DNA of 64,000 bases from a virus, in the IMG/VR virus record IMGVR_UViG_3300044617_000796, positions 44,841 to 108,840 of that record. One strand, 5' to 3'. The position numbers were made by a program, and so were the translations under genes. The notes below the pieces were generated by a model. The model was not told the origin of the DNA and searched no databases. It saw only the letters and a list, made by a program, of their open reading frames with translations. Positions 44,769 to 55,182 of the stretch are shown piece by piece. How positions within the stretch are numbered: position 1 is the stretch's first letter; each line of letters begins with the position of its first letter.

Positions 44769-45061
44769 TATCTACCCATACCCTTCTTTTTTTGTTGCAT
44801 TGATTTTCTCCTATCACGCTTCATTTGTTCAGCCTTCCTTTGCATTGGCGATTTTGGCTTCTTGGAAGTAGCAGACAAGTTCCTTCCCTTGCCCCTGAAT
44901 TTTAATAGATCGTACTTGTTACACCAGTTATAAAGACCTTGCGGAGTGATTTCAACATTGTAAGTTTGCTTTAATAACTTCACAATGTCAGTTAAGTTCA
45001 TCCGCTTCTTTACATAGTGCTCATAAAGCCAGCTTTTGTCTTTATAAGGTTCAAGAGCCAT
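44768..45061 (-). CDS. Small basic HTH-like protein
   Basis: YKDKSWLYEHYV...TPQGLYNWCNKY. Confidence 0.75.
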   Translation of the reverse strand: MALEPYKDKSWLYEHYVKKRMNLTDIVKLLKQTYNVEITPQGLYNWCNKYDLLKFRGKGRNLSATSKKPKSPMQRKAEQMKRDRRKSMQQKKKGMGR

Positions 45062-45614
45062 TAGATACCACCATTAAATAATACCAAAGACCAATGCCAA
45101 TTGCGTCAACAATGTCATCATCTTTCAAATTTTCCTCTTCCATCTGGAAGTAATCAGTAATAATATCCCTGACACGATCTTTTCTTTCTTTCTTCTTCTT
45201 AGCCTCTGTGTCAAAAACCATTTTATCTGTTTTAGATATATTTTTATACCCGATTCCTCGCTTCCAAAGAATCGGGTTAATGTCCATAACTTTAAAACAA
45301 TAACCCTGAACAATTCCCCAGGTGTAGCCAATTATATAAGATATAACCCTGCTTGTTTGAAAATTTTGTATATAAACTGATTGCTCAATAATAGTTACGC
45401 TAGGATTATGCTTCTTACAAATTTCCTTTAAACCAGCATTAATTTCATTAAATTTTATAGAAATATCATTTGTTTTTGTAAATTTGATTTTACCGCAATC
45501 AACAAGCTTTAGACCGTTGTTAAAATCAATAACAGCCCAACCTAAAGAATGAGATGATGGATCTATTGATAAAATTCTTTTATCATGAGAATTAACTATG
45601 TTCTTAAGATTCAT
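45051..45614 (-). CDS. ruvC: RuvC-like Holliday junction resolvase
   Basis: ILSIDPSSHSLGWAV, IIEQS, WK..IG, DDIVDAIGIG. Confidence 0.85.
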   Translation of the reverse strand: MNLKNIVNSHDKRILSIDPSSHSLGWAVIDFNNGLKLVDCGKIKFTKTNDISIKFNEINAGLKEICKKHNPSVTIIEQSVYIQNFQTSRVISYIIGYTWGIVQGYCFKVMDINPILWKRGIGYKNISKTDKMVFDTEAKKKKERKDRVRDIITDYFQMEEENLKDDDIVDAIGIGLWYYLMVVSNGS

Positions 45615-45922
45615 TACAGACTATCCCTGACGGAGCCTTCTTCCCAACCCCAACCGACCAGCCTTTGAACATATCTTTCTCTTTTACATTTTTCACAGAT
45701 ATTTTCTTTATTATACCGTGACAATATAGTTTCACAACTTTTTGTTTTACAAATTCTTTTTTTATTTATATTAGCTTTTTTTTCATAATAATTACTTAAT
45801 AGCTTTGCATTTGTAACAATTCTTCTACATTCTGCTGAACAATAAATACTATTATAAGATTTAGCCTTAAACGGTCTACTGCAATCTAAATTTTTACATG
45901 TCCTTTCGTCATCATTAATCAC
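45614..45922 (-). CDS. Zn-finger protein
   Basis: C..C..YCSAEC...CKTKSCETILSRYN..CEKC; likely GTG start near 45922. Confidence 0.75.
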   Translation of the reverse strand: MINDDERTCKNLDCSRPFKAKSYNSIYCSAECRRIVTNAKLLSNYYEKKANINKKRICKTKSCETILSRYNKENICEKCKRERYVQRLVGWGWEEGSVRDSL

Positions 45923-46655
45923 TGTCTCCCCAGCATAAAGCAGCCACATTACAATCTGAACAATGCTTAGATGTTCTCTTGTACGGTCTGTCGGGGATAT
46001 TACCGCTAGTGTAATTCCCATAAATATCTCTGTATTTCTTAAAGAGCTTGTCTATGAAAGCCTGGTCTTTTTCAATATAAATAGGAAGAATTTCTTGATT
46101 ATTCTTGCATTCATAAATAACAAAACCGCCATCTAAATTCAAGCACTCCATATAAATCTGCGCTTGTCTGTAATGCTCATCCTTTGGCTTGTTGTGCAGT
46201 TTTCTATAATGGAAACCTTCTGAGCTGATTGACTTTAATTCAATCAACTTCTCCCCATGCCAGTTAATAATTCCATCTGCCGTTCCTTCAATCGGGGGCG
46301 ATGAATAAGTAACAGGAATTTCTTCGGCTACCAGTATGCCCATCTCTCTAAAATATCCGTATAGCCTGTCATGAACAGCATGACCATTATCAAAGATTCT
46401 AAGCGTTTGCGCTCTAAAGTCTGGAGTTACGCTAACCCCATCAAACATATAATACCAATAGCGTGAACATTGGTTGGTATAGCTTGGGTGAAAACCCTTA
46501 ACTTTTTTAAATTCTGGCTTATTTCTTTCCGTCAGACTTTCGTCAATAGCTTTATTTAAACTATCTACTAACTGAGCGGTAGTAAAGCTCTCCTCTGGAA
46601 CTTCCACTGCGACTTCTACTGGCTTTGGATTCCTCAATACTTTTAGTGATTTCAT
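45915..46655 (-). CDS. Cas4-like PD-(D/E)XK exonuclease
   Basis: CSRYWYY, GHAVH, GTADG, IELKS, QAQIYM, C-terminal CSDC-x5-C. Confidence 0.88.
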   Translation of the reverse strand: MKSLKVLRNPKPVEVAVEVPEESFTTAQLVDSLNKAIDESLTERNKPEFKKVKGFHPSYTNQCSRYWYYMFDGVSVTPDFRAQTLRIFDNGHAVHDRLYGYFREMGILVAEEIPVTYSSPPIEGTADGIINWHGEKLIELKSISSEGFHYRKLHNKPKDEHYRQAQIYMECLNLDGGFVIYECKNNQEILPIYIEKDQAFIDKLFKKYRDIYGNYTSGNIPDRPYKRTSKHCSDCNVAALCWGDSD

Positions 46656-46972
46656 TACATTCCGCCTTTCGCAGCGAGTTTAAGTGCATTTATGTTTTCA
46701 CCTAATGCTTCATACATGGTTTTCCATATATCATTAACAAACTTATCTTGATCATTCATAACCGCAGACTTTCTTTTAAAAGCTTGTGATTTAATAATCA
46801 TCAATGTTCTGTACGCCGCTAATATATTAGCATACTTAACAGCCTGCCCGCCTAGATAATGGTCTGGGTTGTGGATAATGTCTTCAACTATCCTTATACA
46901 TTCTATAAATTCCTCCGCTTTATCGCCCATTTGCTCAGCAAGAACTTCTTTATTAATTATAATATCTGGCAT
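46655..46972 (-). CDS. Hypothetical protein
   Basis: 105-aa helical ORF in recombination operon. Confidence 0.75.
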   Translation of the reverse strand: MPDIIINKEVLAEQMGDKAEEFIECIRIVEDIIHNPDHYLGGQAVKYANILAAYRTLMIIKSQAFKRKSAVMNDQDKFVNDIWKTMYEALGENINALKLAAKGGM

Positions 46973-47148
46973 TACATATCCTTTCTAAGATCTTCTGTTT
47001 TAACTAAAGCTTGATATGGCGGATAGACTTTTGCAATCCCAACAAACCAAAATATAAGATTTACACCAATGGCAAATTCATCATGATCAAGGTTTATACC
47101 AAGACTCTTGTGACCAGATAGTTTATCGCAACAAAATTTAAACTTCAT
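46972..47148 (-). CDS. Small hypothetical protein
   Basis: 58-aa ORF filling the gap (MKFKFCCDKL...). Confidence 0.55.
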   Translation of the reverse strand: MKFKFCCDKLSGHKSLGINLDHDEFAIGVNLIFWFVGIAKVYPPYQALVKTEDLRKDM

Positions 47149-47440
47149 ATTCGCTTCCTTTAATTAAATCCTGGAGTACATCCCAATCAATTATAGCGAC
47201 TTTCGTTTGGGAATTCTCACCAAACACAACGGAAATACACGGGTATTTATAATTAGCGTTAAAAGCGTCTTTTCTCATCTTCTCCCAGGCTTTGAGAGTT
47301 AGCGTAAAAGTTTTTTCATTATGCTTGTAATCAACTAAAAACTTGTGAAGAGAGGCATCGCCTTTCTTAAGTCCACGACCTGAATTCTTGACAGCTTTTG
47401 CTTTGTCACGCTTAATTTCTTCTTTTTCAGTTCTTTTCAC
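47138..47440 (-). CDS. Small PD-(D/E)XK nuclease, Hjc-like resolvase
   Basis: E..NSGRG..KGDA..FLVDYK. Confidence 0.7.
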   Translation of the reverse strand: MKRTEKEEIKRDKAKAVKNSGRGLKKGDASLHKFLVDYKHNEKTFTLTLKAWEKMRKDAFNANYKYPCISVVFGENSQTKVAIIDWDVLQDLIKGSEYEV

Positions 47441-47621
47441 TAATAAGTTCTTTCAGTCGGTCTCGGTCAGATTTCATTAGAATGTATTGTACACGAAGAA
47501 TTGCAAGTCTGTTTTCATTTTCTTCAATTCTTTTCTTTAAATCATTAATTTCTTTAGCGTAATCCATTTTCTTTTTAAACATAATAAACCACCTAATCAT
47601 CCTCAGACTCCTTGTCACCAC
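47427..47621 (-). CDS. Coiled-coil hypothetical protein
   Basis: Start uncertain. Confidence 0.55.
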   Translation of the reverse strand: MVTRSLRMIRWFIMFKKKMDYAKEINDLKKRIEENENRLAILRVQYILMKSDRDRLKELISEKN

Positions 47622-47692
47622 ACTCAGGGTTTTCGGGGATGGGCTTGGGACAGAAGCATTTATAGGATCTCACACCTATGATAATCATGCAA

Positions 47693-48940
47693 TCACTCTC
47701 CTAAGTGTTTCGTAATCTCTTGGTCTGTTGGTTGTCTAAAATTAGAATTCATAATTAAATAATTATATTCTTCGTCAGACACCTTCTGCACTGGATTTTC
47801 TTTTGAAAATTTTACACCAGAGCTTGTGCTATACCCAGAGCCTCTTTGAAAATATATATATTTCACCCTAGACACTTTGCCCACAGGCTCAAACATTTCC
47901 ACCCCAACACGCTTAATCAAAGATTTAAGCATCTTATCGCATTGAGATTGCCAGTTGTATTCTTTAATAACTTTAGGGGCTTGCTTATAATAGTAATCAC
48001 ATTGAGCATCAAAATTATCAACTGCGTTCTTCATCAACTCAACGGTTGAGTCAAAATCTGGAAGGATGACATCGCCAGTGTGATAACCAGAGTGCTGTGT
48101 TTTACCAAGAGTTGATTCAATAATATTCTTACCAAGATATTTCTCATACGAACACCATTTGCTTGTTGAGATAGTAGGCATACCTGTTGCTAACGCCTGA
48201 AGAGGTATCAACCCAAACCCTTCACCTTCTGTCGGATAAATTAGGATATCATGATCGTGATATAGCTGAACCATCTCTTCTTGCGAAAGTGTTTTAAATA
48301 TTCTCTTAACATTACTTTCATCACCTTGATTAAAAAGGTCCATAACACTGTAGCCAATTGAATCACCAACCCCGTGATGCTTCAATGTAAGCTCAACATC
48401 CTTACTCCCCCTAAATAACTCAAGAAATGCTGTCTTAACAAGGTCTGCTCTTTTACGAGGACTGTCTGAGTCAACATGAAGAAATCTAATCTTCTTCCGA
48501 TTTCCTCTTTTAAAAGGTGTCCACATATCATCAACACCTAATTCAAAAATATATGTAGGTGTATCAATGCCTGAATTGCGAATCGCATCAACAGAGAATT
48601 GATTGCCTACCCAGATTTCATCAAATGTTTTCATGGTGGGAATCCACCAATCCCAAGCCTTTGTAGCTTCTAAGTATGTGCCATTAATCTTATATTGGTG
48701 ATCATGGTGTTTCTTGAACCCTGGTTGCCTAAAATCATGACCAGTGACAGGGTTATGCCATTCTGGTTCCATATAAAACATTTGAATCTGAGCGGATGGG
48801 TCATTATCCACGACTTCTAATTGTTTACCACGATAAGTAAACTGATTAAAATGTTTTACAATATTGTCGTAGCCATAAGCATACCCAAACACACCGCCCG
48901 CATCTTTAATATGCTGATCAGTATGAATTGAAAATATCAA
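47693..48940 (-). CDS. Glycosyltransferase, GT-B/GT4-like
   Basis: RKR...IYPTEGEGFGLIPLQALATGMP. Confidence 0.9.
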   Translation of the reverse strand: MIFSIHTDQHIKDAGGVFGYAYGYDNIVKHFNQFTYRGKQLEVVDNDPSAQIQMFYMEPEWHNPVTGHDFRQPGFKKHHDHQYKINGTYLEATKAWDWWIPTMKTFDEIWVGNQFSVDAIRNSGIDTPTYIFELGVDDMWTPFKRGNRKKIRFLHVDSDSPRKRADLVKTAFLELFRGSKDVELTLKHHGVGDSIGYSVMDLFNQGDESNVKRIFKTLSQEEMVQLYHDHDILIYPTEGEGFGLIPLQALATGMPTISTSKWCSYEKYLGKNIIESTLGKTQHSGYHTGDVILPDFDSTVELMKNAVDNFDAQCDYYYKQAPKVIKEYNWQSQCDKMLKSLIKRVGVEMFEPVGKVSRVKYIYFQRGSGYSTSSGVKFSKENPVQKVSDEEYNYLIMNSNFRQPTDQEITKHLGE

Positions 48941-49089
48941 TTACAACACCTCGTTCTTTAGCGCCTTCCATGCTTCATCAACTTTCTCTTTCAACTGAGA
49001 TGTGTCAGTTTCTGGGTACGCACTGAGATATGCATCCTCAGCTTTTACATAATTACGAACTATTTCTCGTAACCGCTTAAGATCATCAC

Positions 49090-50004
49090 TCATGAGTTAA
49101 TCTTTTTAAGAATCTCTTTTGATTGTTTATCAGTCAATTCAATTGAGCCCATGCCATTCCATTTGCTTTCCTCATAGGAATACCAAGCGCCCTTGCGTTG
49201 AATAATATCCATCTCAATAGCAATATCAATGATCTCACGATTTTGGTCAATTCTGCCCTCTTGCGGAAGTACATAATAATAACCTGTTGCGCCGATTGTA
49301 GGAATCTGTTTTGTTTTTTCAACAGTCCAGGTCGCTCGTTGTGAGGTAATCATGTTGTTCTCTTCACGCTCCATTTCGCTCTTTGACATGGAAAGAAACA
49401 GCTTGACGATGTTGTGCATGTTGTGATGAACCGTGTTTCCCATTTTGGCTTTTGTTACCGCAAACATTCCGCTCAAGTCAACTGTTTGGTGAGCAACGAA
49501 TAGCATAATGTTACGCTCTTTATGGAGATAGTTCACCAACTTCTGCAGCAGATATCCTTGCGAGCGTGACTGCAAGCCCATTGCTTTACCACCTTCAGGC
49601 TTATCGTAAAACTCTTCCTTAATGATGTTAGATAGTGAGTCAAACAAGAAGATGTGCTTCTCCTTGTCATCTGTCAAATACCCAATCAAGTTCTTCATAA
49701 TGTCTTCTACGATGGTAGATTGGATGATTACTACATCCTCAATGTTTATGCCGCACTTAGCTGCATACGCATCATTATATGATGACTCCGAATCAATGAT
49801 AACAGGGCGATACCCAAGCTTTTGAGCTTCAGCAATAATGCGAAAACACATGGTTGTCTTACCTACCGATGGCGTACCCCAGAATAAATGAGTCGCACCA
49901 GTATTAAGACCACCGCCTAAAGCACGATTTAAACCGATGCTAGGGGTTGGAATAACATCATGAATAGGCATTGTCTGCCCTTTGCGTTTATCTACAATTA
50001 ACAT
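49090..50004 (-). CDS. recA: RecA/UvsX-like recombinase
   Basis: TPSIGLNRALGGG, Walker A GTPSVGKT, IDSESS, FDSLS, IIQRKGAWYSY. Confidence 0.9.
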   Translation of the reverse strand: MLIVDKRKGQTMPIHDVIPTPSIGLNRALGGGLNTGATHLFWGTPSVGKTTMCFRIIAEAQKLGYRPVIIDSESSYNDAYAAKCGINIEDVVIIQSTIVEDIMKNLIGYLTDDKEKHIFLFDSLSNIIKEEFYDKPEGGKAMGLQSRSQGYLLQKLVNYLHKERNIMLFVAHQTVDLSGMFAVTKAKMGNTVHHNMHNIVKLFLSMSKSEMEREENNMITSQRATWTVEKTKQIPTIGATGYYYVLPQEGRIDQNREIIDIAIEMDIIQRKGAWYSYEESKWNGMGSIELTDKQSKEILKKINS

Positions 50005-50013
50005 ATTTCTCCT

Positions 50014-50448
50014 TTATTGAAACATTCTATCTAGAATTCTTGATTTAATAATTGTTGTTGAAATGTGTTCGCTATACGGAACAAAGATTACTTTAATGTT
50101 ATGTTCATCAAGCCATTCCTGGGTAAAGCCCATTTGTTTATGGTAGTCCTTGGTCTCCCAATCTGAACCAACAACAATGACATCTGCTTTCGCCTCTAGG
50201 ATAGCAGGTTTTGAATCAGCTCCGCCTGTGTTAATGATAACTTTGTCCACCCATTTGCAAGAAGATACAACTTCCATTCTTTCAAATAATTCACAAATTG
50301 GCGGTTCTTTATACTGAGCACAGAACTCACTTGGGTTAACCGACACCACTACTTGACCACCGACACCAGCTATATTCTTACATCTCTCTAACAATCGGCT
50401 ATGACCCGAATGAAAAAGATCAAATGTTCCACCTGTATATACAATCAT
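50014..50448 (-). CDS. Cytidylyltransferase (TagD/RfaE-II-like)
   Basis: GGTFDLFHSGH (HxGH), VVGSDW, ISTTIIK. Confidence 0.9.
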   Translation of the reverse strand: MIVYTGGTFDLFHSGHSRLLERCKNIAGVGGQVVVSVNPSEFCAQYKEPPICELFERMEVVSSCKWVDKVIINTGGADSKPAILEAKADVIVVGSDWETKDYHKQMGFTQEWLDEHNIKVIFVPYSEHISTTIIKSRILDRMFQ

Positions 50449-51167
50449 TTTTTCTCCATTGACGCACTAACGAAATTCCATTTATTTGCATTATGAAATG
50501 TAAACTTCTCAACCCCATCAATACCAGAAAGAGCATCGCAGTATTCAAACATCACATTGTCAAAATCTTTAAATTCAAAAAGGTTTGTATCATTTACTAA
50601 AACAGTTGGAGCATTCGGGATGCTTACTGTTTCGCAATTAATTCCAGACCAAGCTAAAACATTCCTTGAGTCAAGATGCTTTGTTCCAATTTTAAAATCC
50701 ATTACATCTCTTTTCCAAATATTCATACTTGCTAATGTCGCAGCAATCACATACGATTTATCATTAAGGCTGTTTATCAATTCAACCATTGTACCAGAAA
50801 ACCCAGGCTTTAATTCCCCAGAGTAAGGGGCGTATTGCATTATTCTATCAACACCATTCAACATAGGCAGTAATGTCGCAATAGCACCTGGGAGTAGAAC
50901 ATCATCATCACCCAGCACCCACACATACTCACCAGTGCCAGATGTTAACCCATGTAGGCAATTGCCATCACAACCTATGTTTTGTTTTCTTACTGAATAC
51001 TCTGTTATATATTCCTTGTACGGGTATAAAAGATCGCCAGCAAAAGCATCTTGGTCGTTGTCAGATATAATTAATTCAATATCATTTGTAAATTGATTAA
51101 CAATACTCTCCACACACTGCACAACTGATTCACGCTTGTATGTTGGTATGTAAATAGTTAGAGGCAC
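50445..51167 (-). CDS. GT2 glycosyltransferase
   Basis: LTIYIPTYKR, ISDN, NIGCDGN, GEYVWVLGDDD. Confidence 0.9.
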   Translation of the reverse strand: MPLTIYIPTYKRESVVQCVESIVNQFTNDIELIISDNDQDAFAGDLLYPYKEYITEYSVRKQNIGCDGNCLHGLTSGTGEYVWVLGDDDVLLPGAIATLLPMLNGVDRIMQYAPYSGELKPGFSGTMVELINSLNDKSYVIAATLASMNIWKRDVMDFKIGTKHLDSRNVLAWSGINCETVSIPNAPTVLVNDTNLFEFKDFDNVMFEYCDALSGIDGVEKFTFHNANKWNFVSASMEKK

Positions 51168-54100
51168 TACACGCTCTCCTTGACAAGGTTTTTCCTCTTT
51201 ACATAATCATCTACAGTAATAATTTTATCTGCCGCTTCAAGCTTGTAAGAGTCAAGACGGTTAAGAGTATCCTTGTCCTCAACCTTTGACAGACGAACTG
51301 CATACCATTCGCCTTCCTTAAGTATCTGCTTAACCTTTTTGTAAACTGCAGCAAATATCACGATCTTAAAGAACTGCTTACCATCCCAGCAGTAAACGCT
51401 AGCCATTTCCTTACCAGATGAGGTAATAAAGTTTCTAATGTTGAAAATATAGGCAAGAGTTTTCTCATCAGTTACATAGCCAATACCGTGTTCGTATAGC
51501 CATGAATACTTATGATCAGTACCAGCTTTTTTCATCATCATGATATTAAACAGTCTAGAATCTTCTGCTTGGTACACATCGCAATACGCATGTAGCGTTC
51601 TATCGCCAATCAACGCATATACATAGTCTCTCTGTGCCAGCTCAGTATTGCGCTCACCAAACACAGTGCAAGATCCTGAGTGATCTTCAAACTCCACCCG
51701 CAAATAGCCAGTAGCTTTCTTTGTAGAGCGCACTACAGCTTTAATAAGAGTAATGCTTGACATTGTTTCATGGAATTCATCTGCATTCTCTACGAACTCA
51801 TCAATAGCAGTCTTGTGCTGATTAGCCGCAATTGGGAACCCAAGAATTGGCAGGTAGTACTTTTCATTATCAAATTGCGATACATGCCCGATTGATTCAA
51901 ACGCACCAACCTTATCCAAGTTCTCTCTAAGTGGAGCTTTGACAGCCGACTTAGAACACTTATGACTAAACTCTTCAAATGAATTGAATGGTCGCTTAGT
52001 TGTGATTTCTTTGATTGCACTAGTACCGCATCCAGTGACATTGGCAAGACCAAAGCGAATCCCTTCGTCTTCACCTGGGAGTGACATTGAAAAGAACTCT
52101 TCTGATTTATTAATGTCAGGAGCGTAGATTTTCAATCCAAGCCTCTGTGCTTCCATCAAGTAAGCGGTGATCTTGTCAGATGCAGACTCATTGTAAAGAA
52201 GCGCCCATATGAATTCAAGAGGGTAGTTGATTTTCAACCACATTGTCTGATATGACATGAGTGAGTAAGCAACAGCGTGTGATTTGTTAAACATATACAA
52301 CGCTGACATTTCAAACTCAGACCAAATCTTTTCAGATTGCGCTGGAGTTAAATACTTGTTATTTACAAACTTCTCTTTGTACTTATCAAACCCAGCCGCA
52401 TCTCGCTTCTTACCAATGATCTTACGCAATGAGTCAGCTTCTGACCAAGTAAAGTCTGCAAGTAGCACAGCCATTTGCATGAGTTGCTCTTGGAAGATTA
52501 CAGTACCATAAGTCTCTTCTAGGATCTCTCGCACTACTTCGTCAGGGTACTTAGGCTTAGTGACTCCCTTTTTGCAATCAATATATTTCTGCCCTTGTGA
52601 AAGCAAGGCTCCAGGTCTAACCAATGCGTTAGATACAACAAGGTCATTAAAGTTGTCAATACCCATTCTTTCAATGAGGTTTCTATAAGCAGCCGCATCA
52701 GCCTGAAAGATACCAACGGTGTTGATATTATTGAAGTTTTCAAACACTTTATGGTCATCCAGCTTCAGTGATTGAGCCCTCACATCTATCCCCAGACGCT
52801 CCTGGATCTTTGCTAAGCAATCTTTAATCACAGATACGGTCTTTAGACCCAAAACATCTATTTTAATAAGCCCAACGGCTTCGGCATCTTCCATAGCGAA
52901 CGCCGTAACAGCCGAACGGTCTCCACCCTGAGAGTCTTTACGAGATTCAACAGGGCAAACATCGGTCAACGGAACGGAAGAAACGACCATCCCAGCCGCA
53001 TGGACTCCAGCGGTACGAATGCGATTTTCCAACCTTGATGCCAACGGTACAACATCGGGATATTTCTTGATAAAGACCTTGCCTTTTTCGGTGGCTTTAA
53101 GCTCATCAATGGTTTCAAAAAACGGTGTGACCGAGTTGATTTCGGCAAAGGGAACTTGTAGCACTCTCGCAACATCTTTAACCGCACTCTTTGATTTGAA
53201 AGTACCATAGATAGAAATTGCCGCTACATTATCTTTACCCCAGCGAGTGGCAAGATAAGTTTTAACCTCATCACGGCGCTTATCCTCAAAGTCCAAGTCA
53301 ATGTCGGGATAGTCGTTACGCTCAGGATTAATAAAGCGAGCGAACAGCAAATTATATTTGATTGGATCAACTTGAGTAATGTCCAACAAAAACGCCATGA
53401 CGCTACCGCCAACAGACCCACGACCAGTTCCACGACCAATGCCATTGTTGTCAGCCCACTTCACCAAGTCCCATACAATCAAAAAGTAATCAGCAAAGCC
53501 GAGTTGCTTAATGATACCCAATTCCTCATCAAGACGCTTCACATAAACTTCATCGGTAATCCCCAGCTCTTGCAAACGGAACTTTGTAATCTCAGCCAAG
53601 TAATCATCCGAGTTCATGGACTTCATATACTTCGGCAACAGGTTCTTCCGCTTTTCCATCCGAGCCGTACACTTCTCCGCAACTTCCATCGTATTTTCCA
53701 GAATGTCAATTCTGTCGTAGCCAGCATCTTTGAACCAAGAAGCCACCTCATCAGCACTAGCCACATACGGGTTAATATCATCAAACCTAAGATGCCTGTT
53801 AGGATACATATTGTTGATTTTTGCCACCATATCAAGGGATGGGTTGTGTAAGCAATCAGCATGGTCCTTGGCATGGCGTTGATCTGCGGCAGATAGGCTT
53901 GGGTATTGTGAGAGCATTAGCAAGACCTCTTCACAACCCTTATCCTTACGACTGGGGAAATGACAATCAGCAGTAGCTAGTACAGGTCGGTTATAGGTGT
54001 CTGCTAATTGGATTAACCCGTCATTTATATGCTTAGGGTTCCAGGATTGAATTTCAAAGTAGAAATCATCTTTAAATATCTTTATAAATCTTTCGGACAA

Positions 54101-54568
54101 CTGAGCTGCTCTGTCCATATCGCCAACATCAATAGCCTTAGAGATAGCGCTACCCATACAACCCGACAATGAGATAACATCATTATCAACAAGTTCTTCT
54201 AGCAGACTAAAATCTATTCTAGGCTTGTAGTAGAAATTACTTCCCCAAGCCTTTTGATTCATCTTAAATAGCTTCTTAAGACCTTCATTGTTCTTAGCCA
54301 ACAAAATTAAATGGAAGCGCTCACTCTTATCTTCGCTGTCAGACTCAATAGATGGTACAAAGTAGGCTTCTACACCAAACAATGGCTTTACATTATTAGC
54401 CAAGCAAGCATCCTGGAACTTCAGAACCCCGCCCATTGTCCCATGATCTGTAATAGCAGCAGCTACTTGACCATTGGTGCTTGTAATTTTTGCTATCTCT
54501 TCTGGTGTTGACATTCCATCTAGCAGTGAGTATTCAGAATGACAATGTAAGTGAACGAAATCCGTCAC
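51167..54568 (-). CDS. dnaE: DNA polymerase III alpha subunit
   Basis: PHP HLHCHSEYSLLDG, GRGSVGGS, PDIDLDF, HAAG, FNKSHAVAY. Confidence 0.97.
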   Translation of the reverse strand: MTDFVHLHCHSEYSLLDGMSTPEEIAKITSTNGQVAAAITDHGTMGGVLKFQDACLANNVKPLFGVEAYFVPSIESDSEDKSERFHLILLAKNNEGLKKLFKMNQKAWGSNFYYKPRIDFSLLEELVDNDVISLSGCMGSAISKAIDVGDMDRAAQLSERFIKIFKDDFYFEIQSWNPKHINDGLIQLADTYNRPVLATADCHFPSRKDKGCEEVLLMLSQYPSLSAADQRHAKDHADCLHNPSLDMVAKINNMYPNRHLRFDDINPYVASADEVASWFKDAGYDRIDILENTMEVAEKCTARMEKRKNLLPKYMKSMNSDDYLAEITKFRLQELGITDEVYVKRLDEELGIIKQLGFADYFLIVWDLVKWADNNGIGRGTGRGSVGGSVMAFLLDITQVDPIKYNLLFARFINPERNDYPDIDLDFEDKRRDEVKTYLATRWGKDNVAAISIYGTFKSKSAVKDVARVLQVPFAEINSVTPFFETIDELKATEKGKVFIKKYPDVVPLASRLENRIRTAGVHAAGMVVSSVPLTDVCPVESRKDSQGGDRSAVTAFAMEDAEAVGLIKIDVLGLKTVSVIKDCLAKIQERLGIDVRAQSLKLDDHKVFENFNNINTVGIFQADAAAYRNLIERMGIDNFNDLVVSNALVRPGALLSQGQKYIDCKKGVTKPKYPDEVVREILEETYGTVIFQEQLMQMAVLLADFTWSEADSLRKIIGKKRDAAGFDKYKEKFVNNKYLTPAQSEKIWSEFEMSALYMFNKSHAVAYSLMSYQTMWLKINYPLEFIWALLYNESASDKITAYLMEAQRLGLKIYAPDINKSEEFFSMSLPGEDEGIRFGLANVTGCGTSAIKEITTKRPFNSFEEFSHKCSKSAVKAPLRENLDKVGAFESIGHVSQFDNEKYYLPILGFPIAANQHKTAIDEFVENADEFHETMSSITLIKAVVRSTKKATGYLRVEFEDHSGSCTVFGERNTELAQRDYVYALIGDRTLHAYCDVYQAEDSRLFNIMMMKKAGTDHKYSWLYEHGIGYVTDEKTLAYIFNIRNFITSSGKEMASVYCWDGKQFFKIVIFAAVYKKVKQILKEGEWYAVRLSKVEDKDTLNRLDSYKLEAADKIITVDDYVKRKNLVKESV

Positions 54569-55113
54569 AAATTCTCCAAATCAATTTCAAACAACGATTC
54601 AATCGTGTCCATCTTGTTCCAATAATCTTGATTGTACCACGCCGCACGAAGATAACACTTGATTCCGTGTTCTTGTAATATTTCTATTTCGTGTGGATTA
54701 TCTTCCACCACAAACAGCGGATCAATTTGTTTGATGATATCAATTTTCTTTCCGAATTCAGAGAATCTTGGTCTAGCTGTATTTATTCTCCACTTGTCAA
54801 GCCAAGGAACTGTCTCTTCAACAGCGGCTGGTTGTCTTCTAGCAGTCACAATATTTACATCAACACCAAGACTAAACCAATGATTTACTTGAAAGAAAGC
54901 ATCCTCAAAAGGTTTCATGTTCTTCCAAAACAAATTGTTCTGAAATATTTTCATGGCTTCCTCATCTTTTGTATTTGTTGTGAACCATGATGAGTAATCA
55001 CATTGGTCAATACTGACACCGTGATTATAAAATAAATGATCAGCTACCGCTGTATCTATGTCAGCAATTACACCGTCTAAATCTAGAACGATTGATGTAT
55101 TTACGAATTCCAT
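54565..55113 (-). CDS. HAD-family 5'(3')-deoxyribonucleotidase-like protein
   Basis: LDLDGVIAD, VTAR, VEDNP. Confidence 0.85.
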   Translation of the reverse strand: MEFVNTSIVLDLDGVIADIDTAVADHLFYNHGVSIDQCDYSSWFTTNTKDEEAMKIFQNNLFWKNMKPFEDAFFQVNHWFSLGVDVNIVTARRQPAAVEETVPWLDKWRINTARPRFSEFGKKIDIIKQIDPLFVVEDNPHEIEILQEHGIKCYLRAAWYNQDYWNKMDTIESLFEIDLENL

Positions 55114-55142
55114 TTTTCTCCGATTATATATTTTTGAGCATG

Positions 55143-55170
55143 AAAAAAGGGAGGGCTTTCGCCCTCCCCA
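55143..55170 (-). terminator. Intrinsic terminator after SSB gene
   Basis: Minus strand GGGAGGGC-GAAA-GCCCTCCC followed by T6. Confidence 0.85.
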
Positions 55171-55182
55171 GTTCATTAGTGA

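Noticed and set aside
45915-46655. Cas4 as part of a CRISPR-Cas system
   Set aside because: No other cas genes or array. Solo Cas4-like nucleases are ordinary phage recombination genes, here next to RuvC and RecA.
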